A DNA stretch of 64,000 nt from Amphiscolops sp. MND2022. Taxonomy: Eukaryota. Position numbers and translations under genes: made by a program. This document shows positions 1 through 10,700 of the stretch, piece by piece. The notes under the pieces were generated by a model. It was not told where the DNA came from, made no database searches, and was given only the letters and a program-made list of their open reading frames with translations. The stretch is from the NCBI GenBank assembly GCA_964187785.1, contig OZ076410.1, forward strand, positions 75,144,001 through 75,208,000, written 5' to 3'. Numbering within the stretch: the stretch's first letter is position 1; every line of letters begins with the position of its first letter.

Positions 1-2
1 AT

Positions 3-941
3 GCCCACAATTCACAACCGATTTCAGAACTTAATGTTTCCCCTTACGAAATAGTTTTCCACACAAGACCCCGAATTCCACTTACATTTGATCTTAATCT
101 CAATCGTAACACATCCAAAACTTGTATCTCACAATATTGTTCACAACTTCCAGAACACTCACACTACGATAAAACTGATTTAAACCCCTTCTTCTACAAA
201 ACACTATCCAAACCTATTCCACAATGGTTTCTTGCTGTCGAAACTGCAATGCTTCAAATTTACTCAACTGTTTACTACTATACTCTCAAAAAACTCAATT
301 CTCACGCCTATATTACCAAAACCTACCATGAAGGTAAACCCCTTCCTATTGGTACTTTTGTTCTCAAACGTCATTTTGCACACGTTCACTTTTCAGACAA
401 ACTTAAACCCCTTCGAATTGGTCCATACAAAATTCTTGACCGATTATCCGATGTTACATATGAACTCCTAGCACAAGATGGTTCTACATTACATGTTCAC
501 CGAAATCATATAATCCCTTATTATCCAAAAGAACCACTACTATACCCACATCTTCGTAATTTTATGCGTTTCTCTGATTCAATTAAATTGGACATTCCAA
601 AACCCATTCAATATGCTAATAGCGACTCATCACCTTTTAATTCCGATGAATCCCTTTCTGACGATACATCAGTTTCGGATAATGACCAACTCTTATCACC
701 AAACAACATTTCTCCACAAACTCCATTAAATACTAATCCATCATCAACAATAAACCTACCCTTTCAATCAATTCCTCAAACCCCTAGTACTAATCACTCC
801 CGTGACAGAACTCGTCACCCATCTCAAAATCAATCTCCATCACCTTCTATTACAAATAATAGAGATACAAAAACTCATTATAGCTTGAGACAACAACCAA
901 AAATGGATTATCGTATTTTTATACCACCATCGAAATTGTAA
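3..941 (+). CDS. pol: Pol C-terminus: end of integrase core, GPY/F-type C-terminal domain and S/P/N-rich tail (5'-partial)
   Basis: Frame 3 is open from base 3: AHNSQPISELNVSPYEIVFHTRPRIP (end of gypsy IN core) ... KLKPLRIGPYKILDRLSDVTYEL...VHRNHIIPY (GPY/F motif). Stop TAA at 939-941. Confidence 0.85.
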   Translation, partial: AHNSQPISELNVSPYEIVFHTRPRIPLTFDLNLNRNTSKTCISQYCSQLPEHSHYDKTDLNPFFYKTLSKPIPQWFLAVETAMLQIYSTVYYYTLKKLNSHAYITKTYHEGKPLPIGTFVLKRHFAHVHFSDKLKPLRIGPYKILDRLSDVTYELLAQDGSTLHVHRNHIIPYYPKEPLLYPHLRNFMRFSDSIKLDIPKPIQYANSDSSPFNSDESLSDDTSVSDNDQLLSPNNISPQTPLNTNPSSTINLPFQSIPQTPSTNHSRDRTRHPSQNQSPSPSITNNRDTKTHYSLRQQPKMDYRIFIPPSKL

Positions 942-1002
942 AACATCCATTCACTTTCCAATCACCACTCCAATCAGTCACATAAAATTTACAAATTTCT
1001 GA

Positions 1003-2265
1003 TCAAACTGGCCCACCAATCTGGATTCTTCATCTGAAACATCTCCCTCTGCTCCTAATATACCTTCTCCATCTGAATCCTCTGTTTCGAACACAACTAC
1101 AAATAGTAATGTAACACCAATAACTCCTTCAAAACGACCAAGATCTCACATTATAACTACCTCTCCAACACCATCTTCTCATACACATTCAACTCACATT
1201 AGTAGACCACCTATTGCTGAAATACCTTATACTCCTCGCTCTCGATCTCAACCGTCATTTGTCCACATACCACATCCTCATACTGTAGCACATCTTGTAA
1301 ATTACAAACAACCAACTGCTATTAAAACAGCCCGTGTTTCACCTAACCTTCCATCTAAATTAGATATTGTACCACTATCTGATATTGAATACACACCTCT
1401 ACCTACATTACACTTACCATCTGAATCTTCAAACCCATCTCAACTTTACCCTCCTTTAAAACCACTTAGACATCCTTCCACTTCTCTTTCCAACTTAATA
1501 GACTCTCCTTCAGAATATTTACCACAAACTGATACTTCAGGTTCTGATATAGTACCACATCACAGATATAATCTCAGACCTCTTCCCAATAGACGCCTGA
1601 GTGCAACAGACTCATCAACTCTTAATTTTTCAGCACTTTCTAGCAACTCAGCATTACGCCTTCTTAGACAACACGCTCAACCTTTATCTTCTGATACAGC
1701 ACACTCTTCTGATTTTGTTCCACAATCTTATCTCACTTCTGGATTAGACACAGCTTCATTACTTTCATCGGACGTACAAACTGCATATTTATCTGGCAAC
1801 CTCTTCTCTGAAGTCTTAGTACCTACACCTGTTGCTCCTCACGTACGAATACCTGAATACTACACATATGATCAATCAAGACCACCTACTCCTAATTTCG
1901 CAGACTACCCTTTACGTGTAGACGGCGTTACTATATATGATCCTCAAAACGATCCCCGTTTCCCTCTCTTAGCCGAACGCTTTATTACCACAAATAACTC
2001 TCTCTCACATAAACGAAAAGAAACTGAATTAAAACGACTCCAAACTCCAAATCTAGAAATAAAATTTGAAGTCAAAGTTAAGTTTCAAGGTCTTAATCCA
2101 CACCCCATATTTCACGTTGCAAAAATTGAACACAAAACTACTCCTGCTCCTTTTGAAGTAATATTCGTCGATTTCAACCGTGATCCTGAATTAAACGACT
2201 TAGCTTATGGCAAAATTGTCTTCTACAACCCCTTCTCTGGTCTCAAATATACAACTTCCTTTTAA
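1003..2265 (+). CDS. Methionine-free 420-codon accessory ORF between pol and env; possible CTG start at 1021
   Basis: Hand translation of frame 1 shows no stop from 1003 to TAA 2263-2265 and no ATG, so it is absent from the ORF track. S/P/T-rich N-terminal part, HRYNLRP motif, globular-looking C-terminal ~125 aa. Overlaps env start by 59 nt. Confidence 0.7.
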   Translation, partial: SNWPTNLDSSSETSPSAPNIPSPSESSVSNTTTNSNVTPITPSKRPRSHIITTSPTPSSHTHSTHISRPPIAEIPYTPRSRSQPSFVHIPHPHTVAHLVNYKQPTAIKTARVSPNLPSKLDIVPLSDIEYTPLPTLHLPSESSNPSQLYPPLKPLRHPSTSLSNLIDSPSEYLPQTDTSGSDIVPHHRYNLRPLPNRRLSATDSSTLNFSALSSNSALRLLRQHAQPLSSDTAHSSDFVPQSYLTSGLDTASLLSSDVQTAYLSGNLFSEVLVPTPVAPHVRIPEYYTYDQSRPPTPNFADYPLRVDGVTIYDPQNDPRFPLLAERFITTNNSLSHKRKETELKRLQTPNLEIKFEVKVKFQGLNPHPIFHVAKIEHKTTPAPFEVIFVDFNRDPELNDLAYGKIVFYNPFSGLKYTTSF

Positions 2266-4933
2266 AACACATGTTCTACTTATTATAACTTATGTATTTC
2301 TCTTTTCTATCAACCCTTATATTACATCTTCCATTCCTATCAAACCAACAGATGATGATAAATATCTCCCATCTGATGACCCAAATATAACAAATCTCAT
2401 GGTTTCCCACTATGACTGTGCAAAACAACATAATCTTCGTCAATTTAATCTTCTCAATGTCAAACAATGTACCGAAGCTCCTTCTAACATACAACATGCA
2501 AACATTCAAGCTCGAGTTTATGTTAGAGCAAAAGCTAAACGTATTCGCGCTTTCAAATGTGAAGCATATGCAAAAAAAGAACGAAAAATCTGCTTCCAAG
2601 GTAATGTTAAATACAGACGTGTTGACAGAACTGTTTGGAATCACAATACAATGCCACTACCTATCACACTTGATCCTCTTGAATGTAAAAATATTATTCG
2701 ACACCTTAATGGAACTGATAATAAAATATTGAACAATCTTAACTATAATAAAACTTTTACGCTACTTGAAGACCACTACTTTCAAGAACAATTAGAACGA
2801 TTTCAAACCCCTTTCACTGTCTATCAATTTAACAAAATGTATACAGGAACATTTACCTATATGCCCGCTGACAAAACTTGGATATATGATCCACTTCGAA
2901 ACCCTTACTATAACTGTCCTGCTCATCACCAATATGAAGTCAACTTAGTAAGTTGGCGTCTCGCTATATCTGAAATTGAACTAACATACGATGATACACA
3001 AAATGTTATGATCATTGATGGTCATACTCTCCCATGTTACTTTGCTGATGGTTTTTGCAAACCTACCACAAAAACTCCTTTCACACTTGTATGGTTTAGT
3101 GACGACTTTTGTCTTATCTTTACTTTACAAGACTTTATTGGACGCATGACCAAAATCGATGATCGATACTGGATAGAAACTGATTCTTTCGTACACTCTG
3201 CTACTCCGAAGAAATCACCTTCCTTTGATGGTATCAAAGGTACTTCTTATCCGCACATTCGTGCTCCTCATACTGAAACTCCACATAACCCAAGTCTTTC
3301 TCGTTTTGAAATCTTTCCTACCGCTAACACCTTTTGTGGAAAACCTGAACCTCTATATTCTACTCAATATTCTGACCTTTTTGTTACTTACACAGAAGGA
3401 TTTAATATGCATACAGGACAACCAAACCCCACTTCTATAATTAATGAATACATTTCTGGTAAAATTGTATTAGACAAATCAAACTCTAATAATAAATACA
3501 TCTTTCCTGCATTGAACGTTTCAAACAATTTTGCTACCATAGATTACGATGCACATATAAACACTAAAATTGACTACACGATTAACCATGTATTTCGTTC
3601 AATGACTGTTCAAGAACTTAATACCCTTCATACAGTATGTGAATTAGAACGCAATCAACTTCTTACAATACTTGCAATGTCGGTACAAAATCCTCAACTT
3701 GCTGGCTTTCTTCTAACAGGCAATCGCAGTAATTTCCTTTACGTCGAAGGATCTACTGCTTGGTTATATGACTGTCCACACTTCCTTTCACCGTTATACA
3801 TTGCTGATCGATGTTTCGATCGCATTCCTATTCATTTCAAGGATACTCTTATGTACGTCGACCCAATTACAAGACAAACATATGACTATGCCACTCCTAT
3901 TACATGTGACAATAACCCGAATAACATTATTGAACTTGATCCTGATTCTGATGACCAAGATTTTTATATTCTTGGACCCGAACCTATAAAACGAAAACCT
4001 CCACTTATGTTTACTCCTTCTCAAATTAAAACTACAATACGCCCTAATACTTTTACCGCTCAAGATGCTGGTATATACTCAAATGCAGAACTAAATCAAT
4101 TTTGGAATCGAATTCTATTTTCAAAACACTCTGATACTACACTTCAACTCTTAGGAAAAGCTCTTAGCTATTCCTTTATTTCTTCTAATACACCTGATTA
4201 TGATGCAAATGAACCACATGGTAACCCATATAATACACTTCGAATTGGACTCCATGATAGATTAATTAACCTAACTCCTCTTTTTACTCCTACATGGTTC
4301 TCTGATGCCTTCATCGCTTTATTTGGATATCCATGTTACATTCTGACACAATGTGGAATTTATTTTTCCACATATCTTTTCATACAAACAATGTTAACTC
4401 TCATTGTTAAATTATACAAAACTATTTCCATAAAGTACAATCTTAAACAAAATATTACACTTTTGAACTCTATTGCCCATGGTTTTCTTAATATTCTTAC
4501 GGCAGACATGCTCCATGACCTAAAAAATGTTCGTTCAAAATCAACTTCTAAAAGTTCACAACAAATGTCAAACATTACTGACAACCCATTAGATGAATCT
4601 TCTTATAATCTAAATGATCCAAATGGTACTACTCCAAATCCAACTGGTATTACTTCACCACCACCTTTTTATACAAAACGTCCAAATCGGATTTCCAAAA
4701 TGACTCGTTTTAAATTCCTTCCAAAACGAAAACAATATAATGTTCATTCCAAATCTAATCCTCAATCATCTTTACCACATTATACTTCAGTTACCACAAA
4801 TCCAAATGATTACACATCACCTGTCAATGACGAGATCGACACTCCTGTCCGCATATATTCAAAAACAAATTACTCCTTCACTCCGCCATCTTTTCAAACT
4901 AATCATTCTGACTTTTTCACTCCTCCGCCATAG
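2207..4933 (+). CDS. env: Env-like type I membrane glycoprotein, 908 aa, resembling chuvirus G / herpes gB-type (class III) fusogens
   Basis: N-terminal hydrophobic signal (HVLLIITYVFLFSI); HYDC...FNLLNVKQC; CELERNQLLTILAMSVQNPQLAGFLL...EGSTAWLYDC...C..RIPI...YVDPITR...ITC cysteine pattern; several NxS/T sequons; C-terminal TM (FIALFGYPCYILTQCGIYFSTYLFIQTMLTLIV); long tail. Family assignment is from motif recall. Confidence 0.75.
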   Translation: MAKLSSTTPSLVSNIQLPFKTHVLLIITYVFLFSINPYITSSIPIKPTDDDKYLPSDDPNITNLMVSHYDCAKQHNLRQFNLLNVKQCTEAPSNIQHANIQARVYVRAKAKRIRAFKCEAYAKKERKICFQGNVKYRRVDRTVWNHNTMPLPITLDPLECKNIIRHLNGTDNKILNNLNYNKTFTLLEDHYFQEQLERFQTPFTVYQFNKMYTGTFTYMPADKTWIYDPLRNPYYNCPAHHQYEVNLVSWRLAISEIELTYDDTQNVMIIDGHTLPCYFADGFCKPTTKTPFTLVWFSDDFCLIFTLQDFIGRMTKIDDRYWIETDSFVHSATPKKSPSFDGIKGTSYPHIRAPHTETPHNPSLSRFEIFPTANTFCGKPEPLYSTQYSDLFVTYTEGFNMHTGQPNPTSIINEYISGKIVLDKSNSNNKYIFPALNVSNNFATIDYDAHINTKIDYTINHVFRSMTVQELNTLHTVCELERNQLLTILAMSVQNPQLAGFLLTGNRSNFLYVEGSTAWLYDCPHFLSPLYIADRCFDRIPIHFKDTLMYVDPITRQTYDYATPITCDNNPNNIIELDPDSDDQDFYILGPEPIKRKPPLMFTPSQIKTTIRPNTFTAQDAGIYSNAELNQFWNRILFSKHSDTTLQLLGKALSYSFISSNTPDYDANEPHGNPYNTLRIGLHDRLINLTPLFTPTWFSDAFIALFGYPCYILTQCGIYFSTYLFIQTMLTLIVKLYKTISIKYNLKQNITLLNSIAHGFLNILTADMLHDLKNVRSKSTSKSSQQMSNITDNPLDESSYNLNDPNGTTPNPTGITSPPPFYTKRPNRISKMTRFKFLPKRKQYNVHSKSNPQSSLPHYTSVTTNPNDYTSPVNDEIDTPVRIYSKTNYSFTPPSFQTNHSDFFTPPP

Positions 4934-5149
4934 TTGCCACCTACTACTCTTAGATACAATTTTCTCACATAAACAATCTCTCAACAATTTCATCTACCTT
5001 CTTCCAAAATAGAACAAAAAATTGAAATCAAATTGCATTTGAACCAACCCGTCAATATTAAAATCGACATTTCGACTCCGAAAACCTTTGATAAATCTAC
5101 ACGTTAGTGTTTTTGTTTGATATCATATTTTCAGAAAACATTTCTTCAA

Positions 5150-5289
5150 ATGACTCAAGCACAACTAGATTTCCATAGTATGACTCCTCAAGTCACGCAA
5201 GAACAAATCGATCTCCAAAACCAACTTGAAATGCATACTGCTGATCTTATAACAAAACCCCTTTCAAATGATTCGCCTGTTCTCTTTCT
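5150..5289 (+). CDS. Possible fourth ORF of the element (3'-partial, enters gap)
   Basis: ATG at 5150, MTQAQLDFHSMTPQVTQEQIDLQNQLEMHTADLITKPLSNDSPVLF, open to the Ns, same base composition as the element. Strong splice acceptor TTTTCAG ending at 5134. Confidence 0.35.
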
Positions 5290-5489
5290 NNNNNNNNNNN
5301 NNNNNNNNNNNNNNNNNNNNNNNNNNNNNNNNNNNNNNNNNNNNNNNNNNNNNNNNNNNNNNNNNNNNNNNNNNNNNNNNNNNNNNNNNNNNNNNNNNNN
5401 NNNNNNNNNNNNNNNNNNNNNNNNNNNNNNNNNNNNNNNNNNNNNNNNNNNNNNNNNNNNNNNNNNNNNNNNNNNNNNNNNNNNNNNNN
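5290..5489. other. Assembly gap (200 N)
   Basis: Run of exactly 200 N; sequences on either side need not be contiguous. Confidence 0.99.
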
Positions 5490-7523
5490 CGTCAAAAGCG
5501 TTTGAGTCTACCGTTCTATTACACTTCGCATTCGATTCACCTTTATAATCAATTGAAAACCCTTGCGTCTTCAACGAAAAATTACAACATATCAAAATTT
5601 ATGTCAGTGAAAAAAGACCTCTTGGAGTCTATTGAGTTGGATATCCATTGTTTTGTTAACCATTTTGTTAGTAACAACACGAGAATGCATGACTGTTATA
5701 ATCTAGTCAGATCTTTCAAAAATTCTTCGTCCTATCCCTCAAAAATGACATGGGAGAAAAAGAATTTCTCTGGTAAACCTGATATTGCCAATGCTTTCAA
5801 CGACTTTTTCTTTTGCCAATATCAAGAATGTTCAACTATCAAAAATTTCAACAACTTCGATGAATTAGAATTGAATGATGTTGAAATCACTCTAGATGAA
5901 GTGTACTCAGTTCTAAACTGTTGCACGAATGGAACTGGACCGGATGGTCTTTCTGGGTTTCTACTGCGACAGATTTCCAACGAATTTAGCATTCATTTTC
6001 TTAAATTGGCAGAACACATTCTCAGTACATCAATTTTCCCTGCAAACTGGAAAACAACTTTCATTAGACCAATGCACAAAAAGAAATGTAAAACGGTAAT
6101 CGAAAATTACAGACCTGTAGCATCTTTATCCCGTCTTTCAATTTGTTTTGAACGGCTCCTTTTTAAAAAACTTTATCCCCACTGCTCAAAAAAGATATCC
6201 CATTTACAGCATGGGTTCATGAAAAGCAAATCGATACAATCCCAATTGTTAATTCACTTAGATTACATATACAACAACCTCGACAGAGGAGATGAAGTTT
6301 TCACAGTTTATCTTGATTTCAGCAAAGCGTTTGATCGTGTTGATCATGAGATTTTATTGAAAAAGGTTGCCAGTTTTGGGATTGGTGGCAATATACTCAA
6401 ACTCTTGAAAAGTTATCTCGAAGATCGTGAACAACGAGTTAAAATTGATGACTGTCTCTCAACTGCCCTTCCAATCAAAAGTGGTGTCCCCCAAGGCTCG
6501 GTTATTGGACCTTTATTATTTTTAATCTTCATTAATGATTTGCCTGGTGTTTGTGTCGACTCAATAATGTTACTCTTTGCAGACGATTCGAAAATCTCAA
6601 ATGCTGATCCCATTGAACTCCAGAATGATCTTATAAGGATTTATAACTGGGCGAAAGCAAATAAAATGGAATTCAATAACACGAAAACTGAACTACTATG
6701 GTTTACTCTTCATCGCTATAAAATTTCTGATAGACGTGTATTGGTCTTTGATTCTAAAGATATTGAGTTTTCTACGGTCCCTATTAAAGATTTGGGTATC
6801 AATTTTACGTCTGATTTGAAATGGTCAGCCCACATCGATGTTCGTATTAGAAAAGCTTTTTCACGATTCATGATGTTAAAGCGGTCCTTACCGACTACCT
6901 TACCGGCTAATGTAAAATCACAAGTTTACAAACTTTATATCCTACCAATAATCACCTATGGATCAGTCCTATGGTTTCCCAACAAGACTGATTTATCGAA
7001 ATTAGAAGTCTTTCAAAATAAAGTTATTCGTTGGTTTGGACTTATAGATGATTATAAGGATCGGTTATTAGCCCTAAATTTGCTTCCCTTTTCTCTGCTG
7101 TTTCAGTTGAACGACCTCCTATTCCTACATCAATGTATTGTGAACGATTCTCCGATATGTTCAGGACTGCTCTACAAAGAATCTCTCCGCCATTATGACA
7201 CCCGATTTTCATCACGAAAACTTCTCTTTAAAAAGAAAACAAGACTGAAGTCCACTGACAGCTTTTTCATAAACAGAGTTGTTAATCTAGCTAATTTCGT
7301 ATCATCGAAATTCGAAATTGACTTCTTTGACACGACCTCATTTAAGCCTAAACTGAAAAATATTTTCCGAAACTACCTTAAATATGGCTATGATAAATCG
7401 GATTGTAGAAGGTTTTTGAAGTGCTATTGCTGTTGATTTTTGTTTCTTATATTTTCAATCATAAATAATCAGGCTGTTTAATATCTACAGAAAAGTAGAA
7501 TTTAAGTCTTTTACTACTACTAC
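5490..7523 (+). mobile_element. Non-LTR retrotransposon (CR1/L2/Jockey-group LINE), 3' part with intact RT ORF (5490-7436)
   Basis: GTGPDG, ENYRPVASL, QHGF, YLDFSKAFDRVDH, SGVPQGSVIGPLLFLIFIND, LFADD, KDLGI motifs; ends FLKCYCC*. Short 3' UTR with (TAC)4 tail at 7512-7523. Confidence 0.92.
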
Positions 7524-7727
7524 TTTTGTCCGATGTTCAGATTTGTTTTGCTCACAAATTTTCTTATGCTTTTTCGTATCATTTGGGCACATGATGATAC
7601 CCTTATTGGCTAGATCTGATGATGCCATCCGTCCTGGCACATCCTGTCTCTTCAATTGAGACTAAAAAGTCACTTGTTTTTAAAACATTTTGAACTTTGC
7701 ATGTAGCATTCTAGAGTCTGATGAACG

Positions 7728-10700
7728 ATGGATGAGGTGGATGGAGGCGGGCCTATCAATGAGCCCGTTCGTGACAACCCTCGCGTCGGATACACTCAGT
7801 ACAAATTCAACCGACAGTTATGGATTGTCAAGAACCGCTATACTGATCTGGACCCCTTGAACTTGGGAGCGTTCGGGACAGTCTGGTTAGTGATAGATGT
7901 CCAGAAGCACTAATGAAGCTTTGATTCGTAGTTTTCAATTCCTGTGTCTACCTATGTTGAAAGTTCAGTGCAAGTAAAATTGTGCCAATGTAGATCGGTT
8001 TGTTGTAGAGAATCTAAAGAGAATTAGATTTTCAAGTAGATTCATTTGAAAAACATTTGAGTATAGCAGAGTTCTCTACAATCGCGGTGTCTGTTGTTGG
8101 CATTTAAAAAAATCTACTTTTCCTGATTTGCTAGAATTGAATCGACCAAATGACTAGTTCTGTAAAAGTTGAGTTCGTTGTCATATTTCTCTTATTGGAT
8201 GTCGGATTGTTAAACCTAAAAGAGTCCATCATTTTCTCGGTATGAATAGACTATACAGTCAACTCCGGTTAATTCGTATCCGGATAATTCGGATCTTCGT
8301 TTAATTCGTACGTCTTTGAGACCCCCATTTCAGGACGACCAAATTAAAATCATCCTGTTAATTTGTATTTTTCGTTATTCGTAGTATTTTATTCGGTCCC
8401 TAGCGATACGAATTAGGCGGATTCCACTGTATTTAGTTACTATCAAGGCCAGAGACTCCCAATAATTGCCAGTTTTTATGGATTCTGAATACCCGAAAAC
8501 CGCCAAATTGAACATTGGTCTTCCGACCAATTATTAATTGCTACTACAGTTGAATCCCCCTAATTCGTATCGCAAGGGACCGAATAGAATAGTACGAATG
8601 AGAGATACGAATTAACCAGATAATATTTCTTTGGTCGCCGCGAAATGGGGTCTCAGGTACATACGTATTAAGCGAAAATCCAGATTATCCGGATACGAAT
8701 TTACGAGAGTTGATCTTTCACTGAATTAACGAATCTTTGACTCAGGTTTTTACAGTCAACTCCGGTTAATCCGTACCCGGATTAATCGGATCTTCGTTTA
8801 ATTCGTACGCATCCGAGATCCCTATTTCGGGACGACCAAAGTAATATCATCCGGTTAATTCGTATTTCTCTCTATTCGTACTATTTTATTTGGTCCCTAC
8901 CGATACGAATTAGCCGGATCCCACTGTAATTGGTTTTCAATTCAAGAAGTGCTTGAATCTTTGAAAAGTTGTCTTTGATTTCTAAATATCTGTCCAATAT
9001 TTCCGTTTTACTTGATGGCTTGTGGCTCCTTGTATCTTCCGTTGTAACTTCCTTTTGCAGTGGTCGAAAATCAGTCCATTTTTGCAGTTCCGCTATTTTT
9101 CAGTTCTGGCGATTTCAGTTCAGTCATTTTCGACTTGATTTTATTCGGCAAATAATCGTGAGGTTTCTAGAATTAAGTCAACAGAAATGGCTATTTCTTG
9201 CAATTTTTTGGTTTATTTTCCAAGTATCTCTTCAATTCGTTTGGCTAGCAGTCAATTCCTCCGATAAGTGGTCAATTTAAAAAAAAGCTTTGGTCGTGTG
9301 CAAAGGCTTTTTGCCTGTCAGTTGTATTATATTCTAGTTTTTAATGGTTCTCCAAATCTGGTTCCATTATTTCATCTCATGAATGAATGTTGTGTGATGT
9401 GGGTTTTAGTGTTGTGTTCTTTTTAGCCGAGCAAAGGACGATACTAATGACCAAGAAGTTGCCATCAAGCGGTTGAACCAGCCATTCCAGCACACAGACG
9501 CTGCAAAGCGCACCTTGAGGGAATTGCGTTTATTGCGCTTCTTCAGAGATCACGACAATCTGTTGACAGTGATTGATGCATTCACAAGTGGCACCTCGGA
9601 GCAAGAGATGGAAGACATATACTTCGTCACTGTTCTCATGGAGGCAGATCTCAGCAGTGTGTTGCGCAATGATGAGATGCCTCTGCTCCCGCGTGAACAT
9701 ACCATGTTCTTCATGTACCAAATAGTCCGAGGCCTCAAATACTTACACTCCGCCGGAATCATCCATCGGGTTAGTCTTTGTTCGGCGGTATAGTTGGATC
9801 AAGAACAGCGAATTAGGTCATTTATAAGTGAAAGCTCAAAAGAAGCGAAAGTGACGAAATATCCAAATAAGTGCCTACTGCCAAGCGACTGCTGAAATAT
9901 GCGCTTATCTGATTGGTCGGAACTTTGAGCTGTTTCTCAGCCTTCATCGAATCATTACAACAGTGCCAGTGACATGCAGTTACAGAATTCTGTAAAAGTT
10001 ACCCTCCTGCTATTCAAACATTTTATCAAGTACAGAACATTTCAGTACAGTTAAAATATTACTCTTGTGCTGGTATTTTGTTGACAAAAAGGCGTAATAA
10101 GTTCGAAAAATTTGCTGAGCAAAAAACTTTTCCAAAAAGCGCCGTTCAAGTGTTAGAGGGTCAGTCACTGGCGCGTTTTTTTTGTAGAACTTTATGATTT
10201 CAATGGTACTTGGAGTGATAAGTCATTGTCAACAATAAACAATCACCCTGTTATGGGTAAAACTTGAAACCTGAAATTGAAATACGTAAGTTAATAATTT
10301 GCGTTCCAAGATATACCTATGAAGCACTTAGTGCTGTTCCATAGAAGCTGTGGTAAAGAATTTCAATTGCTTGTTTCAGGATTTGAAACCCGCGAATTTA
10401 GCTATTAATGAAGATTCTTCCTTGAGGGTTAGTTCATGCTTTTCCATATTCCTGTTTCATTTTTTGTTTTTGGATGAACTCCTTGACTTTTTTCCTTGAA
10501 TGCAGATTATAGATTACGGCTTGTCGAGAAGTCTTTCCACAGATTTGACCGGCTATGTCGTCACTAGATACTACAGGGCACCTGAAGTGATGTTCAACTT
10601 CGAACACTACAACGAAAAAGGTCAGTTGTTATTCTCGCCATCACATTACCAATATGAGACAAGCCGGAACCGGCCCAAGTTGGCGCCATGTCTAAGTATT

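Larger units (their letters stand above)
1..5289 (+). mobile_element. 3' half of an env-bearing Ty3/gypsy LTR retrotransposon (errantivirus-like); runs off the window start and into an assembly gap
   Basis: Integrase C-terminus, then an extra ORF, then an env-like glycoprotein, all on + with uniform G-poor, A/C/T-rich composition. No LTR is visible before the N gap at 5290. Confidence 0.85.

Noticed and set aside
5103-5134. 32-nt GTTAGT...TTTTCAG mini-intron after env
   Set aside because: Very short, and removing it leads into a frame that stops after ~14 codons. Only the acceptor is kept as a candidate.
5117-5595. ORFs spanning the N run, including the 722-aa ORF start at 5268
   Set aside because: Artefacts of translating through a 200-N gap; the gypsy and LINE sides are separate elements.
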